Shown: piece by piece, positions 10,504 through 20,612 of the stretch
Position numbering within the stretch: position 1 is the stretch's first letter
How the letters are laid out: each line of letters starts with the position of its first letter
Program-made: the position numbers and the translations under genes
The notes under the pieces: model-generated
Seen by the model: only the letters and a program-made list of their open reading frames with translations
What the model was told of the DNA's origin: nothing
The model's database searches: none
Source: an uncultured bacterium
GTDB lineage: Bacteria > Babelota > Babeliae > Babelales > Vermiphilaceae
Reading direction: 5' to 3'
Assembly (NCBI GenBank): GCA_963713925.1
Contig: OY970212.1
Location: 992,001 to 1,056,000 of the forward strand
DNA: 64,000 nt

Positions 10504-10970
10504 CCCCTTGTGCAGGGGGCGAGCACCAAAAGCTCCGCTCCCCGCGGTGGGGCAAGAGTAGTTTTGCCACCACTCTTGCATCTCGGGCAATTAAGACCAA
10601 GGTCTTAATGATCCCTTCAGCCGCGCCGAGTCGGCCATACAAAATTTCTTACGAAATTTCTTCATGGCTTCCGACGTCGCTCATTGGGACTTCTCTTCTT
10701 TACCAATGCGACATTATTATCAAGCCCAAACGACGATTCAAAGTCAAATTACAGTGCCTTAAAATCCGCTGCGATGAAATAAAGAAGTCCGGTAGTTTCT
10801 CGAGACCGAAACAATTTCGCAGAAATTGTGTGTGTCGAGGTTTGAAACGAAAGACGGATTTTTAAGGCAGAGCCTTAAATGCCTGGATTCCAAAGGAGGT
10901 GGCAAGCACCTCCTTGGCGCTGGTCCCCGCGCAGGGGACAAAAAAACCGCGCTTTCCATTGCGCAATGGA
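10503..10970. other. Highly structured intergenic element (candidate ncRNA or composite palindromic repeat)
   Basis: At least eight hairpins and degenerate inverted end repeats between convergent genes. Confidence 0.45.
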
Positions 10971-10974
10971 CCTA

Positions 10975-11643
10975 TCAAGGGAATTTAACAATTCCCAACC
11001 GTCCCCAGTCATCAACAAACTTTTTTATCCCCTGATCGGTGAGCTCATGATGCATCGCCTCGGACAATACATCTGCAGACATGGTGGCAACATCTGCTCG
11101 AGCAAGAATTGCTTGATTAAAATGCTCAACAGTGCGAAGCGACGCTGCAAGGACCTGTGTTTTAAATCCATATCGATCGATCATATTTCTAATGACATGC
11201 AAAAGCATCGCTCCGTCTCCCTCTTTGCAATATGCATCAAGTCTACCGACAAAGGGCGAAATATAATCAACACCCAGCTTACACATAGCAAGCGCTTGAG
11301 TGAGCGTAAAAACGAGGGTGATATTAATTGAAACGCCCTCTTTAACCAAGCGATCAATCACCTCGTAATAATCTTTATAACATGGAATTTTCACGCTGAT
11401 ATTGGGAGCTATTTTGGCGATCTCATGCGCCTGGCGATATATATCTTCTGCCTTCGTTTCTGTCACTTCAACGCTCAAGCTCCGGGAACTGCCGAGGATA
11501 GAAGCTATCTCCTTTATTATGGCTACCGGATCGCTCTTTTCTTTACTCAGATTAGTTGGGTTTGTGGTAACTCCATCCAGGATACCTGTTTTAACCCATT
11601 CCTTGATGGTAGGAATATGGGATGTATCGAGAAAAATTTTCAT
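10975..11643 (-). CDS. tal: Transaldolase / fructose-6-phosphate aldolase family
   Basis: MKIFLDT, GVTTNPT, VKIP Schiff-base Lys, NITLVF, YISPFVGR, LAASLR. Confidence 0.93.
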   Translation of the reverse strand: MKIFLDTSHIPTIKEWVKTGILDGVTTNPTNLSKEKSDPVAIIKEIASILGSSRSLSVEVTETKAEDIYRQAHEIAKIAPNISVKIPCYKDYYEVIDRLVKEGVSINITLVFTLTQALAMCKLGVDYISPFVGRLDAYCKEGDGAMLLHVIRNMIDRYGFKTQVLAASLRTVEHFNQAILARADVATMSADVLSEAMHHELTDQGIKKFVDDWGRLGIVKFP

Positions 11644-11853
11644 AAAACACCTTATTTTGATTGTCTTGAACCTGCCTTTAACCATAGCAGAAAATTGACT
11701 GCAGACAACCTACTTGCCCAGGGAAGGCCTCCTGTAATTGAAAATATTTTCAGATATGATATATTGTTAAATATTGCCCAGTTTAAAAGGGGCCCCAAAT
11801 GGACATTAAAACCCCAAAGCCTTGGCATAATTTGGGCTAAATGGAGGAAAATC

Positions 11854-12726
11854 ATGAAAAAAGTATTCTTAATTGCTTCCAGCTGTATATTGATCTATTG
11901 TCTCTATGCAGTAACACCGGAAAGCACAAAAAGTGTGGCATCTGCCCCCCTTTCAATGAACCAGCAGATAAAGGACACTAAAACGGTCCCTCATATTGCA
12001 ACGTTCACCTTGAATTGCGATATCGATGTCCAAAAAACGATGGACGATCTTTTTACCGCAGCGCATGATGAATCGGTACATGCACTAGCATTGTATATCA
12101 ATCATCCGGGCGGAGAATGTGGCCCGTATTCTGCGTTGCATGACCTTATTAAAGCCATACGGAAGAAAAAACCAGTCGTTGCCCTGATCACTGGACACGC
12201 ATACTCGGCCGGCTACATGATCGCGAGCGCTACTGATTATATCATCTGCGCAAGCGGTGCGGGAATCGGCGCGATCGGAACTATTTGGGAAATTCATAAA
12301 TACAGCGATGCAACTGTCCGCTGCGATGGCCATGAAGCAACTGATACGGTTGAAGTCTTTATCGCAGGAAAATATAAAGGTGTCGAAAATCCATTAACGG
12401 CGCCATTAACCCCCAAAACTCGTAAACATTTACAAGCAATTGTTGATGAAAATTATCAGTATTTCTTGAAACTCGTGGCTACCAACCGCAATCTTTCTTT
12501 GCAAACTTCCGATCAGTGGGCCGATGGAAAAGAATTCATGGCAGAAAAAGCATTGGCTCTCGGACTTATTGATCAAATTGGAACGCTGTTTGATGTTGAA
12601 CAGAAAGTGCTTGAAATGGTGCGCGTTGCAAAACCCGATATCGATTGGGCGCAAAACGTCACATTTGAAAAATATGTAACAAACGATACAGAACAACTAT
12701 CTAAAAATGAAGGGAAAAATTCATGA
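11854..12726 (+). CDS. sppA: S49 peptidase (SppA-like) paralog 1
   Basis: GGAGG SD before 11854; NHPGG, AYSAGY, GAIG, AGKYK. Confidence 0.88.
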   Translation: MKKVFLIASSCILIYCLYAVTPESTKSVASAPLSMNQQIKDTKTVPHIATFTLNCDIDVQKTMDDLFTAAHDESVHALALYINHPGGECGPYSALHDLIKAIRKKKPVVALITGHAYSAGYMIASATDYIICASGAGIGAIGTIWEIHKYSDATVRCDGHEATDTVEVFIAGKYKGVENPLTAPLTPKTRKHLQAIVDENYQYFLKLVATNRNLSLQTSDQWADGKEFMAEKALALGLIDQIGTLFDVEQKVLEMVRVAKPDIDWAQNVTFEKYVTNDTEQLSKNEGKNS

Positions 12727-13553
12727 AAAAATTATTTTTTGGCCTTGTGCTCTTTACTTTGATAGGCGCGGCATATATAACAACTGCGGAAAAGAATACT
12801 CTTACCATACAACCTAATACGACACAATCTGAACTTTGCAAACCGGTTTCCGCTCGAATTGCTGTATTCCATATGACTGGCAACATGGATATAAAAACAG
12901 CAATGCAAAATTTAACTGTTGCAGCACGAGATGAATCAATTCATGGTTTTATACTGGCAATTAATAATTGCGGCGGCGAAGTCGGCCCCTTTTCTGCATT
13001 GCATGATCTGATTAAAACAATCGGCACTAAAAAGCCGATTATTGCATTGATTGTTGGAAATGCAAAATCAGGTGGTTATATGATTGCAAGCGCAGCAGAA
13101 TATATCATAGCTTCAAGTTGCTCTGAAATCGGTTCGATAGGCGTCATGAACGAAACGCATAAGTATAAAAATGTCGTAATCAAAAAAGATATTGAAGCTG
13201 AGGATACAGTCACCGTTTTAACTGCCGGAAAATATAAGGCCATTGGAAATCCGTATCATGACAATCCAGAAGCTCGTGAATTTCTCCAAAAGAATCTCAA
13301 TACCCTTTATCAAACATTTATCGAAATTGTTAGCAAAAATCGCTCCATTTCGATAGAAAAACATGAAGAATGGGCCAACGCAAATATATTTATCGGTTCT
13401 AAAGCGGTGCAATCAGGATTAGTAGATACAATAGGGACTATTTTTGAAGCAGAAGCAAAAATGATCGAACTGTTACGCATACAAAAACCGGATACCATGT
13501 GGTCCAACAAAATTGATTTCTTAGCTTTTGAAACCGAATCGCAAAAGAAGTAA
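12723..13553 (+). CDS. sppA: S49 peptidase (SppA-like) paralog 2
   Basis: AKSGGY, GSIGV, AGKYK, GLVD. Confidence 0.9.
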   Translation: MKKLFFGLVLFTLIGAAYITTAEKNTLTIQPNTTQSELCKPVSARIAVFHMTGNMDIKTAMQNLTVAARDESIHGFILAINNCGGEVGPFSALHDLIKTIGTKKPIIALIVGNAKSGGYMIASAAEYIIASSCSEIGSIGVMNETHKYKNVVIKKDIEAEDTVTVLTAGKYKAIGNPYHDNPEAREFLQKNLNTLYQTFIEIVSKNRSISIEKHEEWANANIFIGSKAVQSGLVDTIGTIFEAEAKMIELLRIQKPDTMWSNKIDFLAFETESQKK

Positions 13554-13578
13554 GCAAACACCATTCATATTTTTCCAG

Positions 13579-13610
13579 GGGCTTGTCCGATGACAGGCCC
13601 TCTTTTTTTT
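13579..13610 (+). terminator. Intrinsic terminator
   Basis: GGGCTTGTC-cgat-GACAGGCCC followed by a T run. Confidence 0.7.
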
Positions 13611-13654
13611 GATATTTTGAATTATATTATATTACCAATTAGACTTTTTATAGG

Positions 13655-14479
13655 ATGATTATGAAAAAAATAATATATGTACTGCTTTTAGCGTGCCCAT
13701 ACCTTCAGGTGTTTGCTGATGAACAAAAACCTTCATGGAATCTTGAAATTTCTTCCAATAATTCCATAAAACCACGCATCGGTGTTTTTCACATCACTAA
13801 TGATATGAACCAGTATACAACCCTGAAAAACCTCGTTCTAGCCTCTAAAGACAATTCGATTCATGGAATTTTACTCTCTGTTAACCATTACGGAGGCGCA
13901 GCCTCTATTCTTTCAGCTGTCCGTGATTTGATTAAAACTATATCATTGAAAAAGCCTGTCATTGCTCTCGTTATCGGATCTGCTGCCTCCGGAGGTTACT
14001 ATATGACCTGTGCAGCAAATTATATTGTGGTAACAGAAATGGCACACATGGGCTCTATTGGTGTTCTTCGTGAAGTTCATAAATATAGTAACGTTAAAAT
14101 CAACAAAGATATAAAAGCTCACGATAAAATTGAAGTCTTGCGCGCAGGAAAATATAAAGCTGCCGGGCATCAATATACATCAGAACTCACCGAAGAAGAT
14201 CGGAAATATATGCAACACGAGATTGATGCGATCTATAAAATCTTTCTTGCCAATGTCGCAAATGATAGAAACTTATCATTGGAAAACGAAGATCAATGGG
14301 CAAATGCTCGTCTTTTCACCGGAGCGGAAGCTGTTGAAGTCGGTCTTGCAGATCAAGTGGGCACTTTGTTTGATTTCGAAAAAAAAATGATGGAATATTT
14401 ACGATCAATAAAACCTGATCTCACTTGGTCGGCCCAGTTTGATTATGCCGAATACGAAACTGAACTGCCAAAGAAATAA
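13655..14479 (+). CDS. sppA: S49 peptidase (SppA-like) paralog 3
   Basis: AASGGY, GSIGV, AGKYK, GLAD. Confidence 0.9.
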   Translation: MIMKKIIYVLLLACPYLQVFADEQKPSWNLEISSNNSIKPRIGVFHITNDMNQYTTLKNLVLASKDNSIHGILLSVNHYGGAASILSAVRDLIKTISLKKPVIALVIGSAASGGYYMTCAANYIVVTEMAHMGSIGVLREVHKYSNVKINKDIKAHDKIEVLRAGKYKAAGHQYTSELTEEDRKYMQHEIDAIYKIFLANVANDRNLSLENEDQWANARLFTGAEAVEVGLADQVGTLFDFEKKMMEYLRSIKPDLTWSAQFDYAEYETELPKK

Positions 14480-14527
14480 AACATCTCGATTTTTTGGAGA
14501 GGCCTGTCAACAATGACAGGCTCTTTT

Positions 14528-14947
14528 TTATTTAAAAAACTGACTCAGAAAGCGCATAAAAACACTCAAAAACCCATTGATTGTGATTCCCCAGAGCATA
14601 TCAACAACGGTGAGCTGTAAACTCCACTGTGGCATGATTGCATAGTTTGTCAGATCATATACGCCATAAACAACCAAGCCATAGGCGCATCCAAGTAACA
14701 ACTGATAGACTAAACTCATAGTCTGGATTTGCGGCATAACAAACAACAGCTGTCCTGCGACCATAAGCACCCACACCAACAGCGCAGGAAGGTGGCGCCC
14801 AACGAATGCTCCATCAATGATACGGGTAAATGGCTCTAACTGCGTTTGATAAAAACCACGCATAATGCCATTGAGCCAGATCAAATCCATCATGATGAGT
14901 GTCACGATTGAAATGAAAAATACAAGCAGTTTTGAAAATAGCGACAT
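14528..14947 (-). CDS. DUF2177 family membrane protein
   Basis: DLIWL, YGVYDLTNYA, VDMLWG. Confidence 0.85.
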   Translation of the reverse strand: MSLFSKLLVFFISIVTLIMMDLIWLNGIMRGFYQTQLEPFTRIIDGAFVGRHLPALLVWVLMVAGQLLFVMPQIQTMSLVYQLLLGCAYGLVVYGVYDLTNYAIMPQWSLQLTVVDMLWGITINGFLSVFMRFLSQFFK

Positions 14948-14978
14948 ACCCTCTCCTTGTTTTTATGAAAGATCTCAA

Positions 14979-16472
14979 TTATATTTTGGCCACATATCGT
15001 TGAGCAATTTCGCGAATACGCTCTGAACTTGATCGCTCAAGAGCAGCTATCACCTCAGGTTGAACCGCCGGCAAACTCTTTTTTTGTTGTAAAGCAACTA
15101 ATAACATCAATATATCTTCAATCGGTGCTTCGTTCAGACTAGAATACAATTGCATTGAGTAATATTTTTTCCCATTTTCATCATGTACAACATGAAGACC
15201 ATCAGTCGCAGTCCTCCACTTCAAACCACCAGAAAATGTAACCAGGCGATTTGCACCACTGTAAATCCCTCTATCGGTATATACTCTACTTGAGCCAGCA
15301 CTCGGGTTGAAATAGTTCGATGCTATATCGGCATCGGCAAATATTTGAGTATACGTACCGATTGCCAAGTCGCAATGCACAAGTGTTTTCTTATTATCAC
15401 CCGAATTAAGAGTTATCATCTCTTTTCCACTGTCGTGAATACGCATTTTTAAAATAGGATAATCAAATGTAATATGCTTGAGCAATTTTTGTGTTTTAAT
15501 ATCCGATATAGAGCACGCATTATTAAAGACAGTCACAATTTTTTCTTCGTCAATAATGCGAGCCCGTATATCATTGCCCCAAAATCTGTCATTCCCGCTT
15601 CTAAATGGTCCCCACAATTCTCCTGTTGTTATCTCAACACAGTAAAGATTCACTTCCTTCGGTTCATCCAAAAAATTTCCTAAACACGCATATCGCTCGC
15701 TACCTTCCACTGTGAAAATATATTTTCCAGGAAATTCTCTTACAACAGTCTCAGGATTCAGAACAAGCGTTGATGCTTGACGATTGTTGTTTCTACATGC
15801 CACAACACATCCGGAGGGATTGATCAACTCAAAGTATTTGACTTTTTTTCCTTGTGGTATTTTGAATTTGATATCAACCGTTTTACGCTCAGGGTCATAT
15901 TTACAAATTTTGGTTTCTTCAGTGTTTTCATTTCCACTATGATAATAGAAGCAATTTTCATGGAAATACAATGAGAAACGAGAATTCACCATATACTGCG
16001 TATCGAGTTCCTCTGTACGGCTCTTTCGTATATCATGGGAATACAGTTTATTTTTTTCTCCCCACCATATTTTTCCTCGAAAAAATGTAACCTTTTTACG
16101 ATTGATACCATCTACGTTGATAGGTCGCAATGGTTCTTGTTGCGCTTCCTGTATAAGACGCGGGTAATCCCTAAAAAAAATTCTTCTGAAATCATTTTTT
16201 ATACTCTCCGGATAATATGTACCCATTACCTCTATTTCCGCAAGATCCAATGCTCGTTCTTCAATGGAACTCACCAAAGAATCAACAGCCTTTTCAGTAG
16301 CCATCTCTTGCAATGAGGGCACAAATCTTAATTGTGATTCCTCAGCTTTTATTTCTTTAGCCTCATCAGATTTTATTCTCTTGGCATAATAATCGACTGG
16401 GAACAATAGTATCGGCGAAATCAGTGTTACTGTAAAAAATATTTTCAGTGCTATTTTCTTACCCAATCTCAT
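14979..16472 (-). CDS. Secreted beta-rich (propeller-like) hypothetical protein with BC-box-like motif
   Basis: Signal-like MRLGKKIALKIFFTVTL; VPSLQEMATEKAV; ORF can extend to 16697 through palindromic repeats. Confidence 0.65.
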   Translation of the reverse strand: MRLGKKIALKIFFTVTLISPILLFPVDYYAKRIKSDEAKEIKAEESQLRFVPSLQEMATEKAVDSLVSSIEERALDLAEIEVMGTYYPESIKNDFRRIFFRDYPRLIQEAQQEPLRPINVDGINRKKVTFFRGKIWWGEKNKLYSHDIRKSRTEELDTQYMVNSRFSLYFHENCFYYHSGNENTEETKICKYDPERKTVDIKFKIPQGKKVKYFELINPSGCVVACRNNNRQASTLVLNPETVVREFPGKYIFTVEGSERYACLGNFLDEPKEVNLYCVEITTGELWGPFRSGNDRFWGNDIRARIIDEEKIVTVFNNACSISDIKTQKLLKHITFDYPILKMRIHDSGKEMITLNSGDNKKTLVHCDLAIGTYTQIFADADIASNYFNPSAGSSRVYTDRGIYSGANRLVTFSGGLKWRTATDGLHVVHDENGKKYYSMQLYSSLNEAPIEDILMLLVALQQKKSLPAVQPEVIAALERSSSERIREIAQRYVAKI

Positions 16473-16693
16473 TACATTCCGCCGTTGCCCGTTGGCTATG
16501 GCTGTGCCCGTCGAAGCTGGGCCCCAAATGCAAATTTGGGTAAAAGCTTGGCGAGTTTGATAACCCGGATAAGCGATACGGGTCCCAAATGAAGCTCTCG
16601 CTGAATTTGGGTAAAAAGACTGGGCGAGACAAGTCGCTTGGGGCCCGTTTTTGGGGTATTCCATAAGTATGGAGCATGCGTGTGCTAGATATT

Positions 16694-16942
16694 TCATAAT
16701 GTTTGCCCGTTCTCAATACGATTTGGCAATTGAGCAAAATCGCTCACAATGCCTTCTTTGATGAAATAGTCCATTACCGCTTCAAATTCTCTTTGTTGCA
16801 GTTCTGGCACGAAGAATTCAAATATGCTTTTTGGAACATCTATCGTCCGATCGAAACAGATATGATCATATGAGCGTAGGAGCGCAGTGAAATACCATAC
16901 GCGTGGAGGTTCAACGTGGGCTCTATAATATAGGCAATACAT
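16694..16942 (-). CDS. DUF4911-like protein
   Basis: LRSYDHICFDRT...FEFFVP pattern. Confidence 0.65.
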   Translation of the reverse strand: MYCLYYRAHVEPPRVWYFTALLRSYDHICFDRTIDVPKSIFEFFVPELQQREFEAVMDYFIKEGIVSDFAQLPNRIENGQTL

Positions 16943-17020
16943 GGCTGATTGTTTTTCTTTCGTATTTATGAGACTATAGCGTTTAGTATACAATTGTTTA
17001 TTTATCAGAGGAACCCAATA

Positions 17021-18226
17021 ATGAATACCGTTGAGCAGAAAAAGATTGGCGTATCAACTGCAACTATCATTGGCATGAATGCCATGATTGGCGCCGGCGT
17101 ATTTACCGCCCCCGCAGCAATGGCTTCGAACGTGGGTCCTGCCGGAATTGTTGCGTATCTTTTTGTGGTTATCGCTGTCTGGTTTTTGGCTCAATCATTA
17201 GCCCGTTTGGCATATCTCTATCCGCAAGAAGGCTCCTTTTACACCTATGCAAAGCAATGGGGTGGACATTATATCGGTTTGCTTTCAAGCGGCCTTTATT
17301 TGGTCGGCCTTATTATTGCCATGGGCTTACTGGCAAAAGTTGCCGGGTTCTATCTGCATGATTTTATACCGTTCATATCATCGCAAACTTTGGGTCTTAT
17401 TGTGCTCTGGGTTTTAGTAGCGCTCAATATGTTTGGCGTCACCATGTCTGAACTAGGACAACAAATATTGATTATATGCACGGTGTTGCCATTGCTATTG
17501 ACGACCATCATCTGTTTTGCTCATGCCGACATTGCGAATCTGACACCATTTATGCCTCACGGCATTGGCAATATTTTCAAAGCGACTCGCATTGTTATTT
17601 TTGGATTCTTTGGATTTGAGAGCGCTGCTTCACTGTTTACCATCGTTGACCGACCTGAAAAAAATGTGCCGCGCGCGCTGACCTACTCGATCATCTTGGT
17701 TGGAATCATTTACACACTCTTTATCGCATCAATTATTATTTCGACTCCTGCATCAGTGTTTACCGGCCCCGATGTGAAAGTGCCACAAATTATTGCCGCT
17801 TTGTTGCCTGGCTACACGTGGCTCGTGAATCTTATTTACATCTCGATTCTCTCTGCTGTCATCGGCACGATTCACTCGATGATTTGGGGCTCGAGTGCTT
17901 TGTGTCTTTCTTTGGCAAACAAAATGAAAAGCCCTGTCGTGCATAAACTTTTGGATCGAGGAATTCTCAACAATCGCTTCATGGTATTTATGGTTGGGGT
18001 GTGCATTACCTTGAGCAATCTGGTATTGCATAACATTGATCTTTTTTTTAATCTCACCGCATTATGCATCATCAGCGCATTCATTCTTTCGCTGATCACA
18101 TTATTGCCTTTGAGATCAGAATGGAAATCGGGACGAAATATCAACACAGTAATTGGTATTATTACCGCTGTTCTTATTTTCTACTTTGCGGCTGAAGGGT
18201 TATACGACGAACTTTTCAAGCATTAA
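17021..18226 (+). CDS. APC family amino acid permease
   Basis: MIGAGVF, EGSFYTY, FFGFE, PEKNVPRA. Confidence 0.92.
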   Translation: MNTVEQKKIGVSTATIIGMNAMIGAGVFTAPAAMASNVGPAGIVAYLFVVIAVWFLAQSLARLAYLYPQEGSFYTYAKQWGGHYIGLLSSGLYLVGLIIAMGLLAKVAGFYLHDFIPFISSQTLGLIVLWVLVALNMFGVTMSELGQQILIICTVLPLLLTTIICFAHADIANLTPFMPHGIGNIFKATRIVIFGFFGFESAASLFTIVDRPEKNVPRALTYSIILVGIIYTLFIASIIISTPASVFTGPDVKVPQIIAALLPGYTWLVNLIYISILSAVIGTIHSMIWGSSALCLSLANKMKSPVVHKLLDRGILNNRFMVFMVGVCITLSNLVLHNIDLFFNLTALCIISAFILSLITLLPLRSEWKSGRNINTVIGIITAVLIFYFAAEGLYDELFKH

Positions 18227-18425
18227 TACGTCAAATGAATGACTATTGCCACAAACAAAAGTTCATTCATTTCAACAGCCTCTTAAATGCTTACCTTTTG
18301 TCTGAAAAGAGTCTCATATTCAGTATATACAGCGGGGATATATAATATCCCCGCTTTCAATTTGACGAGTCATTAATCTTGGTGCTATAAGTATAAAAAA
18401 CCGATTCTTTAAAAAAGGAAACGTA

Positions 18426-20114
18426 ATGGCTGCAGCACTCGTCTTTCGCGTGCGTACTTTTTCAGCGCTTGCTGCGTTGACCACATGCCTGTTCATGCAC
18501 ACTGTGTACGCCGATCTCACCTCTCTAGCACGAAATGATCCATATCCTGTCTATAAAGCAGTTGATCCAACAGAACTTCTGTATACCTGGGACAAACTGT
18601 GGATGAAAGAATATCCGCTTGAAATTGATCGCTCTCAAACAATGAGCATTGCGCTTTCTGCCTTTGGCCAGAACGCCTGTGTGGGAAAAGATCGCTGTGG
18701 AATCCGTGTGCCGCTGGGCGATTTGCACGGTCGCTGGAACATGATCGGACTCTTGATGGGGCCATTACCGGAAGGAAAAACACTTCCCGCTCCATTGGCA
18801 GCTGCGCTTCAAGCGATTTTTCCCGGAATGCCTCAGGGCACACTCAATGACCCGAATATTGTTGATCCAAATCAAACATTCGGTTTTTTCTCTCTCCCAC
18901 TCAAATATTATAAACGCGGTTTGCGCTGGGAATTTACCGGCATGTTCAGCTGCAACTTCGGATTTATTTTTCAAGGCGGTGTTGCCGATATTTGTCAGAA
19001 AGTATGCAACTTTGACAATCTGACCTGCATGTCGTGTAATTATAAGCAAACCATGAATGGCGATGGATGCGTTAATACACTCTTGGCAAGCAACTGTAAT
19101 CCTCCCAATCCTATAACGACACAAACTCCGGGAATTGCCGGACCGCTGCCGCTGGTTGAATGTACTGCGCCCGCCAATGCTGCAAGTAAAAGTGTGCCTC
19201 TCAATTGCTGCGGGAGAATCTGCGACGCGACCATTCTATGTTGTGGAAGAAAGTTTAATGAGTCGGTCAGCAGCCCGAATCCAGATGGAACAGGACCAAA
19301 CCTTGCTCGAACGATAGGAAGCTCGCTCCCTAAATATCCAAATCTCACTACAGACCTTGTAAACCAATATTTGATGAATGAATTACGTCCCATTGCTGAC
19401 GCAATTGGTCTTAACATTTGCGATTTTCATACAGTTTCAATCGAAGATCTTCGCCTCAGCCTTTTCTGGCGCTCTGCTCGCAATGTGAACTTGGGGCGTG
19501 AAGGATGGGCAGAATTTTTGTTTGAACCGTATCTCATGGCCGGCGTTTCAATCGGAAGCGGTAAAGAACAAAATACGAACTGCGCATTCTCACTGCCATT
19601 TGGAAACAATGGACACACCGCGATGGGTGCAACCGGCGGATTAAATCTTGATTTTGTCGATACTATTGAAATCGGCTCGGAAGTCGGATTTACCGGATTT
19701 TTTGGCAAAAACTTTTGTAATTATCGTGTTCCAAACCAAGTGCCCAATAGAAATTGTCAGCTCGGAATTGCACCATTCACCACCGATGTATATATCAAAC
19801 CGGGCTTCAACTGGCATTGGAACATCAAAATGCTTGCCTGGCACTTTATCGACAGACTTTCATTTTATGGCCAATATGTACTGCTCCATCACGAAGATGA
19901 TAAAATATGCTTGAAAACGCCGGACATAACCAACGCATTCGATGTCAGAACACTGGAGAATGAATCGTGCTTTAAAGTGCAACTTCTCAACCTTGGATTC
20001 TATTACGATATCGCACCACAAATGTCACTCGGCCTCTTTATTCAAGCGCCGTTAAGTCAACGACGTGCATATCAAAGCACCACGGTTATGTTCTCATTGT
20101 GGGCAACGTATTAA
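18426..20114 (+). CDS. Cys-rich exported protein, probable outer-membrane beta-barrel
   Basis: Signal peptide, amphipathic strands, aromatic C-terminus FSLWATY. Confidence 0.6.
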   Translation: MAAALVFRVRTFSALAALTTCLFMHTVYADLTSLARNDPYPVYKAVDPTELLYTWDKLWMKEYPLEIDRSQTMSIALSAFGQNACVGKDRCGIRVPLGDLHGRWNMIGLLMGPLPEGKTLPAPLAAALQAIFPGMPQGTLNDPNIVDPNQTFGFFSLPLKYYKRGLRWEFTGMFSCNFGFIFQGGVADICQKVCNFDNLTCMSCNYKQTMNGDGCVNTLLASNCNPPNPITTQTPGIAGPLPLVECTAPANAASKSVPLNCCGRICDATILCCGRKFNESVSSPNPDGTGPNLARTIGSSLPKYPNLTTDLVNQYLMNELRPIADAIGLNICDFHTVSIEDLRLSLFWRSARNVNLGREGWAEFLFEPYLMAGVSIGSGKEQNTNCAFSLPFGNNGHTAMGATGGLNLDFVDTIEIGSEVGFTGFFGKNFCNYRVPNQVPNRNCQLGIAPFTTDVYIKPGFNWHWNIKMLAWHFIDRLSFYGQYVLLHHEDDKICLKTPDITNAFDVRTLENESCFKVQLLNLGFYYDIAPQMSLGLFIQAPLSQRRAYQSTTVMFSLWATY

Positions 20115-20284
20115 AACCCCATGCTGCACTAACGTTTGCATAGGGACCCCGCACTGACACCCAAGCTCTTACCCAAATTGCACTTTGCTCCATTTGGGGC
20201 CCAGTGCCGTTTTCACTTCACTTGGGACCCGTCAAAAAAACTGTGAGTATTATTCATTCACAGCAAGCGTGGCGAAGACTTCCT

Positions 20285-20497
20285 CGTTCGTGGTGAGCGG
20301 AGTGAAACACAGTCGAATCCATATCGAACGGAGAGCTTGCTTGATCAAAAATTTATTCTTATTCATGTTACGGGAACGTTCGTATGGATTCAATTTTCAC
20401 CCATTGCTGCGCATGGGGCCCGTGATTCCGCTACGCTACACTCACCATGATAACCCCAATCTACACTGACGTTACGATCGGGGGACCCCACGAACGG
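20285..20497. repeat. Inverted pair of REP-like units with nested hairpins
   Basis: CGTTCGTGGTGAGCGGAGTG..GTCGAATCCA..CGAACGG and its inverse; second pair at 32440-32650. Confidence 0.7.
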
Positions 20498-20612
20498 AGT
20501 GGAACTATTTTTACACTTTCAAAACCTCCGCAGAACCTAGTAAAAAGTCCCCGAGTTTAAAACCCGAGGACTTTTTGATTTGATCAAGAGAAAAAACTCT
20601 TGAACGTCACCG

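Noticed and set aside
10503..10970. tmRNA, RNase P RNA or hammerhead ribozyme call
   Set aside because: No tRNA-like ends, no GAGGAAAGTCC, and CTGCGATGA does not match the CTGANGA core
10608..11331. Short ORFs across the structured region and antisense to tal
   Set aside because: No SD or family motifs; likely shadow ORFs
11425..11853. 143-aa N-terminal extension of sppA paralog 1
   Set aside because: Overlaps tal on the opposite strand; a strong SD and signal peptide begin at 11854
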